A stretch of 64,000 nt of DNA from Eledone cirrhosa. Taxonomy: Eukaryota. The translations under genes were made by a program, and so were the position numbers. Shown here piece by piece: positions 25,892-37,887 of the stretch. The stretch spans positions 262,322,001-262,386,000 of the forward strand of contig OZ024743.1 in the NCBI GenBank assembly GCA_964016885.1, given 5' to 3'. The notes under the pieces were generated by a model. That model made no database searches, was not told the origin of the DNA, and saw only the letters and a list, made by a program, of their open reading frames with translations. Numbering within the stretch: the stretch's first letter is position 1; every line of letters starts with the position of its first letter.

Positions 25892-26545
25892 AGGAAAGAT
25901 TGATTATAATTGCAAGTATTATTATTTACAAAGTAATATCACAAACAAAGAGTACTCGATACGTATGGTAGAGTATATATATATTTATAATATAATACAA
26001 TACTTAAATTGACTACTATTTCATTACTCAAAATTTAATGTAAAACCTGCAACCTTTATATTGCATTGCTGGATAACACCTGAAGATTGCTCTTTTGGCA
26101 TGAAATTTGAAGTAATGGGATAGTAGTAAATTATATTTATATGATAAAATACATATATGTGTATGTATGTGTCTGTGTATCTATATTCATTTGTGCTTGT
26201 ATATATACACCCCTAACATGACCAAAACCAAACAGAAAGTGGTGGAGGTCAACCAGGGAGGGGATCCTCCAGCAGGAGTAAGAAAGTCCTGGATTGTATA
26301 TATATATATATTTATACACACTCACACACACACACATGTATATATACATGTGTGTGTGTGTGTGTATACATTATATATATATATATATTAATCTTTTTAT
26401 GGGGGAGGTGTTTTGTGATAAAGATGAAGGTAGATGAGTTATGTAGTAACATAGAAATATAATTGGCATGGTGGTGCATGTGATGGTAGGAAACACTCAA
26501 GTAGGAAGTTTGTGGAAAATTAGGTTGGTTGCTATAGAAACTTTA

Positions 26546-26725
26546 TTATCTTCGGCAAGCATCATTTGTTGCCTTACATTTTTCTGTGGGTGGTGCCAAG
26601 AATAACCGACCTGTATTACACATACACAACTGGAAGACGTTTGCATTGAATTTCGTAGAACTGCCACCTGCATCGCGATTTATTTTCAAATTTTTCAGGT
26701 AAATACCTTTTGCATCAAATGATAT
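26546..26725 (-). CDS. SGCD: Sarcoglycan terminal coding exon (180 nt including TAA)
   Basis: polyT-cag|ATATCATTT...CGAAGATAA; encodes [13 protein letters not shown]...[29 protein letters not shown], the cysteine-rich C-terminus of the family. Confidence 0.93.
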   Translation of the reverse strand: MSFDAKGIYLKNLKINRDAGGSSTKFNANVFQLCMCNTGRLFLAPPTEKCKATNDACRR

Positions 26726-29700
26726 CTGAAAAAAAAAAAAAAAAGATTAATAATTAAAACAAAATTAATTTTTTTTATTTTAAATCAGCTATGATGATGA
26801 CAATGATGATGATGATGATAATTCTTTCTAGTATTGGCACAAGGTCAGCAATTTGGGGGATAGGGAAACCAATTATATTGACTCCAGAACTTAACTGGTA
26901 CTTTATCAATATAATTTACATTTATCAATATAATAGTAATAATAATTGTTTCTACTTTTGGCACAAGGCCAGCAATTACCCAGTACATTACTGGTACTTT
27001 ATTTTATCGACCCCGTAAGGATGAAAGGCAATAGGTACAAGGCCAGCAATTTTGGGGGCAGCAAAAAATCGATTAAATTGACCCCAGTGCTAAACTGGTA
27101 CTTTATTTTATTGACCTTGTAATAATTGTTTCTACGTTTGGCACAAGGCCAGCAATTACCCAGTGCATTACTGGTACTTTATTTTATCGATGAAAGGCAA
27201 AGTTAACCTCGGCGGGATTTGAAATCAGAATGTAAAGGGCCATAACTATATGCCATACAGCATGTTGGCTGATGTTCTACCGATTGCTGCCAATCCAATA
27301 ATACAAGATAAAAATAAGAACCATCATTATCATCATCATAGTCAACTTTATGTCCACCTTTTCATGTTGGTAGGGATTGGATGAGACTTTATTGAGGCAA
27401 TATTCTAAGATTGGCTACCTTACCTGAGGCCAATTCTCACTTGTTTTTAAGAAAAAGCACTGATCTCTGCACATTAAACTGCTAAGCAGTGGGACATATT
27501 ACTTATGCAAGACATGAAAAAAACATCAGTGCTTGTGAATATATTATCAAATACTGAGCGAAGGTAAATGCAGAGACAAACACACACGCACATATGCTTA
27601 TCATCATCACCATCATCATCATCTTCGTTTAACGTCCATCTTCCACGCTAGCATGGGTTAAACGCTTATATATATATATATGTAGGCACCATGGAAAAAA
27701 AGCACCCAGCACTCACTGTAAATGAGGTTGGTGTTAGGAAGGGCATCCAGTTGTAGAAATCAAGCCAAAATCAATTCCCGTATGACAAGGTCACTCGACC
27801 TGGCATTGCCCACAACAAGTCAACCTGTCTAACCCATGCTAGCGTGGAAGAATGGACATAAAATGGCGGCAGCGGTGGTGGTGGTGATGATGTTGCCCAA
27901 GGGAAAGGCAAAGACCAGTACAGCTTGGCACCATTGACATTGCAACTCATTTTCACAGCTGAGTGAACTGGAGCAACAGGAAATAAAGTGTCTTGATCAA
28001 GGACACAATACACTGCCCAGTCTGGGAACCTAACTCACAACCTTATGATTGTGAGCCCAACACACTAACAAGTAAGCCATGCACCTTCACTAGAACTAAA
28101 AAACAGCAATAACAATTAAACACCAGTTAACCAACAGCCAATAAACAACATCAACAAAACAATAACAATGTATGGCATTGTACTTACAGAAGATTTACCA
28201 GAATGAAAGCTGATTTCTTCTGAGCTTTTAAACTCTACTTTTCCTGATGGTGAGAGTATATTAACTCCTGTATGACCAACCAGTTTCACATGACTTTGTG
28301 GTGCTTCAATTCTATAAAAGAAAACCAGAATAAAAGAAATGAAGACTGATGAGAACATTTTAACTTGGCTTTTACAATGGCACATCCACTAATTCTATCC
28401 CATTGTGATTTATAGTGGAGGTGCAGGGCCTAGTGGTAAAGGTATTAAACTTACAATCATAATGTCATGGGTTTGATTCCTGGACTGGGTTGTGTGTTGT
28501 GTTCTTGAGCAAGACACTTCATTTCACACTGTTTTAATATACTCAGCTGAAAACGAGTACCAGCTAGGGGTTTGCTCTGCAATAGACTGATGTCCTGCCA
28601 GGGGGGGGGGGGTCTTGTACTCTCAGTTGCTTCAAACCACAGAAATCAGGATAAGCATCAGCCTGATGAACCTCTGGACTCAAGACAGACTTTATGATTT
28701 ATAGTCCTAATCTTGTGAAATCTTGTCACAACTTTCATTCCTATTTATATAAGGCTTTGTCAAGGAGACTTTTCTGCCAGTTGTGACCAGATTGTATCAG
28801 TTAAGGAAAGACGAATGGAAAAATAATTTCTTTGGTTTGATTTGACAATTGGCTTTTTTCCTTTCCTTGTCAGAAAGAGAAGGCCAGCATTCATGGACCT
28901 TATTTTTCAAGGGCCTATAAAACAGTTAGAAGGAAGTTACCCTCATACTAGAGACCTGACCTCAAATGCTCACAATAGAGTGAACACTACTAAAGGCACC
29001 TAAGAACAAGTGGTGGTACTGTTAAACTGTGTGACAAATTAAGCCTACAACCCAAAGGTCAGGTGGTGATGTTAAACTAAGTGTTGGATTACATCTACCA
29101 TCCAAGAACCAGGTGCTGATGTTAAACTGGGTGATGGCTTATGTCTACTACACAAGCATCTGGTGGCTTTGAACACTGGGTGACAGATTAAATCTACCAC
29201 CCAAGAACTTAAAAGGCAAAAAGCCAGAAAAATGCTGCAATTTACCTCACCTGATGCTTTAACAGTTCTATCATACAAAACTGTTTATTCTAAAGTGTTT
29301 GTATTTATTTAAAAACCTTCCATCATAATTTTATGTTAGAACTTTTGTTAAGTTATGTTCCAAACACTAGCTTAATAATGAGAAAATCAGATGCATTACT
29401 AAATCCTTTGAAATTCTTGATTATTTAATAAAATTCTTTCAATATTATATGTAGTGTATTATTAGAAATATGGTAATGAAAAGGGTTAAACACTAATTTC
29501 ACAAGTAGGATCCTCAATGGATCAAATAACTGAATGTTCATTGTTGAGATTGATAGAAGATCTATTATTTTATATTTATTAAAAAACACCATCTCATCCA
29601 TGCAATCATGAACAAATGGAAGTGGAAACTGCTCAACAAAAATAAAAGTAGAAGCTAAGATTATAAAACACAATAAGAAGTGATAAACGATTGGAAAATG

Positions 29701-32700
29701 TGTCTTACAGTAAAGGTTTATTCTTTGGAGAATGTACTGTTGGTGTTTCGATAGATCCATCAAAAACTGTGTTGCCTGAATTTGAAAGAAAAAAAAGTGA
29801 GAAGCTATATTAAGACATATTACAATAAAGCTGTTTAATTTCATTTTTATATATTTTTTACTCAAATTTTAAGGAAGTATGTATGGTTAAGTATTTTGCA
29901 CAATGAGTATCCAATGTAAAGTATGCATTAACTTAGTCAAAAAAATATAAATTATTTTAAATCAATAAGTTTACAAAGAAAGTGGGTAAGATTGAACATT
30001 TGAAATTTATCTGCTTATATTGTAAAAAATTGTCACAATTTATATGACTATAATACTTGAATTAGTGAGGTAAATTACACTTTGAGGTGAGAAGAAAAAA
30101 TGTGACTGGAGATGTAGGAATTGTACTGTACATCTGTCTTATACTGAATGGCTGCAATAACCATTACATGGTTACCCCCCAGTGTCACTGTTCACATCTT
30201 TTCTGTCACCTAATTTATCTGACTATTTTATAACCATTATATGAACTGTGGCACATTTTCAAAATAAAATCAAATAAATTATTATCATTTTATATATTTA
30301 AATATATTTGTTACTTCAAACTCTTAACAATATTTCAAATATATGTTACTATTTCAAACTCTTATTCCCGCTCCTTAATATCTCCTTCCCATCCACCACA
30401 CTCTACAACATGCGGTCAAATCACCACCACCACCACCCACCCCTTTCTCTCTCTCTACCCAACCCAGATACATATATAAGACAAAGTAATTCACTTTCGC
30501 CAAACTTGTGGCTGTAACTTCATCCATTCATGGTTATAATGTAAAGTACTCATTTTTCCACCTCTTCTAACATACGCCTAACTCCATAGTCAGTCCTTCC
30601 AACAGCATTTTTTCTATCCTCTTTCTATTCCCCATGTATTTTCCAAAACAAATCTCTTGTATTTCTGTCATGCTTGTAAAAATACGGAGTTTTTGTCGTA
30701 TATTTACTAAACAAATCTTGTATTTTTGTTCGTTAATACGGGGTTCTCACTTAAACCTATCTCCTCGCTAACAACTCAACACCCCTCCCGCCCGCCCTCA
30801 CACACCACCATTATTATTACGTGGACCAATCATAAGCCAGAGGCCTATACTATCGCTTACCTGGTCGCCTTCGATATGTAGGATGGAAGGACTACGGAGT
30901 TCTGGAGAGTTGAAGAGAGAAAAATCTGGACGCTCAGCGACAATGCCAAAGTTAAAGACAATCACACCTCGAGGACGAAAATGCGAGCATGCCTCTTTGT
31001 TTCGGCCGCGGATGGCTAACATAACCCCATCTCCCCCCCCCGCCCCCCACCTTTCCAACCCCCCAAACGCAATCCAAAACTTCAGATTTGGTACCTTGAA
31101 TGTAGGCACCTTAAAGGGTCGCTCTAACGAGGTTGTAGAAATGCTTGAACGTAAGGAGGTCGATGTTTGTTGTATCCAAGAGACCAGGTGGAGGGGTGGA
31201 TCTGCTAGATACATTGTGGGTAGAAAACGATGCTATAAGCTTTTCTGGGTGGGAAACGACAATGGGCTGGGTGGAGTAGGAATCATGGTAGCAGAAAAGT
31301 GGGCAGATAAGATAATAGACGTAAATAGAGTGAACGACAGAATAATTAAAATAAGACTTGTCCTCAATAGAACTACGGTGACAGTAATATCCGCGTACGA
31401 ACCCCAATCCGGACTGCCCAGCACTATAAAAGACAGATTCTATGAGACACTGATGCTCACTACCTCCCAAATAACCGACAGTGACTATATAATTATTGCA
31501 GGCGACCTAAACGGTCACGTTGGACAACATTGTGACGGCTACGATGAAATCCATGGAGGCTATGGGTTTGGTACTAGAAATGAGGAAGGCTCCAGAATCC
31601 TGGAATTCTGCGACGCAAATAACCTAACTATCTGCAACACTAACTTCAAAAAACGAGACAATCACTTGATCACCTATAGATCGGGGAACACACAAGCCAG
31701 GTAGATTATATCCTTACCAGAAGACGTGACAAAGTGACTGTCGTAAACACTAAATCCCTCCCCCATGAAGAATGCACTTCCCAACATAGACTGATGATTA
31801 GCGACCTAATAGTCAGGACGAGACGTACTAGACAACAGAAGAGGACTATCCTCAGGAGAAAAATATGGAAGCTAAAGGACCCCACAGCCAAAAATAAATT
31901 CCAAAGCATATTACTTGATGCTTTCGACAGTGAGGAAGAGCAATTAGAGACGTACAAGGTAGAGGAACAGTGGGAATTCCTGAAAGCAAACCTGCTGACG
32001 GCGGCAGACGAAGTCTGTGGCTGGAGCAGGCCTGTAGGCAGGAGGAGAGTAACATGGTGGTGGAACAGTAAGGTGGAGGGGTCAATTAAGGCCAAAAAGC
32101 AGGCTTGGAAAGTATGGCGGGATGGGGGAAGCAGAGAAGACTATCAAGTGGCCAGGAGGGAAGCTAGGAGACAAGTGTACTTCGCAAGAAGGGAAGCAGA
32201 GGAAAGAAAGTTCAAGCATGTTCTACAACGCGAGGACCAAAAACGTGAGGTGTTCAGAATTGCTAGGCAATGTGTCAAGGAAAACAGTGATATTGTCGGG
32301 GAGAAGTGTGTACTTAACGATGACGGCATACTTGCCATCACCGACGCCGATAAGAAGGTAGCTTGGAAGTGTCACTATGAAAGGCTACTAAATGAGGAGA
32401 ATAAATGGGAGAAAGACAGTCTCCCCCACATCGACCCAATAGAGGGACCAGCAGTGTTAGTCCAGGGTAGTATAATAAGTAAGGCAATCAAAGATATGAA
32501 GACAGGCAAGGCGGCTGGGCCTTCGGAAATAGTTGCCGAGATGCTGAAGGCATCTGGTACGGTGGGACACACCATGGTCACCCGGATAGTCAACCAAGTC
32601 ATACAGAATGGGGTTGTTCCGAAGGACTGGCGCAGCAGCATTATCGTTAACTGTTATAAGGGTAAAGGAGATGCCCTAGATAGGAGTAACTATAGAGGCA

Positions 32701-35700
32701 TTAAATTAATCGACCAGGTCATGAAGGTCACGGAAAAAGTAATAGCGCAACTAATCAGAGAGCGAATTGATCTAGATGAAATGCAGTTCGGGTTTGTGTC
32801 AGGAAAAAGTACCACAGACGCTCTTTTCATTGTACAACAACTACAGGAGAAGTACCTAGCTAAAAGTAAACCCCTATACTTAGCTTTCGTCGACTTGGAG
32901 AAGGCCTTCGACAGAGTCCCCCGTTCCATTATCTGGTGGGCTCTTAGAAAACTAGGTGTTGATGAATGGCTTGTGAGAGCTATACAAGCCATGTATAAAG
33001 AAACAGTCAGCAAGGTTAGAATTAACAACGAATATAGTGAAGAGTTTAGTGTAAAAGTTGGTGTTCATCAGGGCTCTGTTCTTAGCCCCCTACTATTTAT
33101 TATTGCCCTCCAGGCTATAACAGTGGAGTTCAAGACCGGCTGCCCATGGGAACTCCTATATGCAGATGATCTAACGCTCATAGCTGAATCAATGGCCGAG
33201 CTAGAGAAGAAATTCCAAACATGGAAGCACGGCCTAGAATCAAAAGGCCTTAAAATTAACCTAGCTAAGACTAAAGTTCTAGTTTGTAAGAAAGAAAATA
33301 AGGCGGCGGTCCCCTCCGGGAAGTGGCCATGTGCAGAGTGTAGGAAAGGCGTAGGTAGAAATTCCATTTTGTGTCCCAAATGCAAAGTTTGGGTGCATAA
33401 AAGATGTAGTGGGATCACAGGTAAGCTAACTAAGAACATAGATTTTACATGTGGCCGGTGTTCTGGGGAAATAAGTAGCAGCAAGTGCCCACAAAATACT
33501 AGCTCTTTCAACTGCACAGAGGGTTCTATAGAAATAGTGGACAGCTTCCGTTACCTGGGTGACAAAATCAGCAGTGGGGGAGGGTGCTCTGAAAGTACAG
33601 TAGCTAGAGTCAGAACTGGGTGGAAAAAGTTCAGAGAGCTTATACCACTATTAGCCGCTAAAGGGTTCTCCCTAAAAATGAAAGGCAGGCTGTACGATGC
33701 CTGCATACGAACAGCAATGTTGCATGGCAGTGAGACCTGGGCATTGTGTGCAGAGGATATACGCAGACTAGAGAGAAACGAAGCTTGCATGCTCCGCTGG
33801 ATGTGTAATAGTAATATACGTGAACGACAAAGCATAAATGAACTAAGGAAAAAATTAGAAATAAGAGGGCTCAGATGTTGTTTACTAGAGAGAAGGCTAC
33901 GTTGGTATGGTCACGTGATGCGCATGAAGGACGATAGCTGTATAACAAAGTGCAGGGCAATAAAGATAGACGGTAGCCACGGAATAGGCAGACCCAGAAA
34001 AACCTGGGACGAGCTGATAAACTCCGACCTCACACACTTACACCTCACCAAGACAATGTCACTGGACCGAGACCTTTGGCGGTACTCAGTAATAGAGAAG
34101 ACCCGCCTTACCTAAATACAAAGTAAAACCTACTACAGTCAGTAGGCATCTCTAACAAAATACACCCCCGTCCCACCACCCCACCCCATCCACACCGCCC
34201 CCTTCTATGTAAAGTTGTGTTGGTGCCACACCATCCAGGCCGAAACAAATGAGATCGTGTAAATGTCACGACAAAAAAACACACAGTCCACGCTGTAATG
34301 TGGCCGTGTAGGCAACACGGTAAAAACCTCCCAGACCCACACTGTAAATGTGGTTTGTGTTAGGAAGGGCATCCAACTGTAGAAAACCTGCCAGACAGTC
34401 CTATGCGAGCAAGACAATCACTCTTGCCTAAAGTGGGAATACCCCCGTCCAAACCCATGCAAGCGTGGAACACGGACGTTAAACGTTGATGATGATGATG
34501 ATGATGATATACACACACACACGCACACATGTATATAGTAAAAAGAGTATAATAGTTATATAGAATTATAAACTGGAGCTGCCCTTATCTGCTGAGGTGT
34601 GACCTAAAACGATGATGTTAGACCTCAATGTTGTATAGATATGAATATCTCATTGAAATAAGGTGAAATCTGTTTTTGTGGACGAATGGTATCTTATTAT
34701 ATGTTGTTGAGTATTCAAAGAACTACAGAGTCAGTTATACAGGTTGAACAATGAAAACAAATAAGACGAGGTTCAATGCTGAATTAATCCATTGTTTTAC
34801 GATTGTTTCAAAGGTTAAAATGAACCACAATAATATCGATATATTGATTAATCGATAGCAGTTATATAACTCCATATTATTAGACTTGACAAAGAAATTA
34901 CCATATTTCCCAGCGTGGAATATGCTACTTTTTTCCTAAAATAAGTCTAAAAAATCTACCATGCGTCCTGGAGGCCGAAGTTTGTTTATTATTTTTTTCA
35001 AATGTTTGGTTGTCAAAATTAGGGTACGTCCTCGAGGACAAAGCATCTTTGGAACCGGGAAATATGGTATATAATCATCATCAGTGTTTAACATCTATTT
35101 TTCCATGCATGCATGGGTTAGACCGGTTGTCTATGTTATGTGACAAATCTGGCCAGTTGGCTGCACTGTACCTTGCTCAAACGGAACTGTATTTTGGCTA
35201 TTTTCTTTTACAGCTTGATGCCCTTCCTAACACCAACCATATTTACAGTGTGGAACTGGGTGGTCCCATTATGAGGAGGGTCTGATCAGTTGGCTGCGTT
35301 GTACCTTGCTTATAGCAGAACTGTATTTTATTCAAAGTATTGTCTATTTAATTTTTGTTGCTAATATTTCAGAGAATTCTGCCACCAAATATATACAATA
35401 ATACTGGCTCCTATGTAGTCAGTCAACTGACAAGAAATAGAGGCTAATTCTCCATTAAACAACACCTTTACACCTTAAATGTTAGTTGTAGATAAATTAC
35501 GAAAGACAGAATGACCACAGTTTGAATACCTTTCAATGTATGTTTGCAAATTTTGTAAATTAAAACCTATATGATCAACATTTCCTTTACATAGCAAAAC
35601 AACACTCCTGAACAGATTGGCAAAAACAAAAGAGAATGGTTAAACTCAAGTATCGCCCATTTCTGTAAATAACCATCAAATAAATCTCTAACAAAATGTT

Positions 35701-37655
35701 CTATACATGATGACGAAGCCTAAATTTTGCATGAGATCACACACTTCTAATATGTTTATTGTATACCATTGTAACTAGATGTATAAAATTCTGTGAAAGG
35801 TTTACAGTGCTATGAATATAGTCAATATTTCTTATATTTTCATAATCTTTCCATAACATTTTAAACTAGGGATCTCAAACATGTGACCCACAAATTACTT
35901 TTCTATGGCTTGTGGCAGAACAAGTTTAGAGACTAATTAAAGAAAATTTGAAACAGAAAATGTTTCCCCCTAAACCTTGTACTAATTCACTTATCCCACT
36001 TAGTATCATATAAGTATTCATTTTTGTGAAAAAAAAAAAAAAGCAAAAAAAAAGCAGCCTCTCAGCTGCATTACAGATTAGCATTACGACTCGTGGAAAT
36101 CTCCTCCAAGACATAATGACTCTTTAGGATCCTTGAGTTTGAGACCCTTGGTTTAAGCCATGTATAGATCTTTACGTGAGATATTACATTACAAACATTA
36201 TGTATGAAATTAATATATGCATTTTATGTTATATTGTTAATGCTTAATTAGACTAAACTCAATCATTTATTTCTGGTTAAGATATTATGGAAAGCATATG
36301 AAAATATAAAATATATTAAACAAAGTAGTTGACTGAAGAAGCATTGGGAAAATTTGAAATGTGTGTGTCCTAATGACCGTAATAATAAACAATCACTATA
36401 AATAATAGTTGAGAAAAATCAGGTAAAGTAGCCCTGGAGAAGGGAAAAGTAGAAAGAGGTGCCTTTTCTCTTCTCCAGGGGCACTTTACTCAAATTTTCT
36501 CAACTACTATTTATAGTGATCAACTATTATTATGGTCATTTGCGTTGGGATGCATACATTTAAAATGATAATAAATAATGTATAACATTGAACCAAAGAT
36601 GCCTGTGTGAGATGTGCGATGCTGCATAGTAGTGAGACATGGGCAGCAACTGCAGAGGATATGCGACGGCTGGAGCAAGTATGCTCTGATGGATGTGCAA
36701 TGTCAATGTGTGTGAACGACCAAGCATAGAGGATTTGAGAGTGAAACTGTGTATAAGAGGGATAAAATGTAGTGTGCCAGAAAGAAGACTGCATTAGTAT
36801 GGCCATGTGATGCGCATGGAAGATGACCGCTGGGTGAAGAAGTGCCAAGAAATCCCGGTGGAAGGAAGACGCAGTAGAGGAAGACCATGAAAATCATGGA
36901 CGGAGGTGGTGAGAGCCGACCTCAGATCGCTGAAGCTCACAGAGGAGATGACGAGGGACCGTGATAAAGGGAGAGATGCTGTGCTGAAGAGGACCTGTCC
37001 CACCCTTGCAAGCAGGGAAAAGCAGATGTAAAATGATGACGATGATGATAATGATGTATGCAAACTAACAAACTAAAAGGTAGACATAACTAGTTAAGTG
37101 ACTTGTTCAATTTCCCAACTGTATATTTTTTAATGAAATTTTCTTGAGATACATTTATGACTATGTAATATACATTTATTCAATTTAAAATAAAAATAAA
37201 AATTGGTTAACAATGGAGACATTCAACTTCTCAATTGTTGAATATAATTTTGTATCAAGCACCACACCATTAATTTTCTAAAATATTAGCTTTAAAATGG
37301 AGATATGACTATATAGAGAGTGACTTACCATCTTTACTACTCTTAAACAACAGACAAAATAAAAAACAAAAACAACAAAAAAACAAGATTGTCATAATTA
37401 TATTGTATGCATGATTTAATATTCCTTCAGTTTCTGAACATTTTAAATTTATGTTTGTGGTGGGCTAAACTAAATGTAAGGTCGAGAATTTTTTCCTCGT
37501 GTCTTCCAATTTCATGTTGATAATAAATAATAGCTTTGAGGATAATGTCATAGATTTTCTAGAACAGGATTTTAGTAGATTGTATTGTCAGATTTAATAG
37601 GGTGTATACCCACACAATATATACCACAATATACATACACACACACACACACACA

Positions 37656-37700
<45 letters not shown>

Positions 37701-37720
37701 TTATATACATACGTAAACAC

Positions 37721-37774
<54 letters not shown>

Positions 37775-37851
37775 TTATTTACATACATACATATACATAT
37801 GTATACACATATATATATACATATATATATATACATACATATATATATATA

Positions 37852-37887
<36 letters not shown>

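Noticed and set aside
26570-26590. Apparent frameshift in the last sarcoglycan exon
   Set aside because: Recounting the T run (five) keeps [15 protein letters not shown] in frame.
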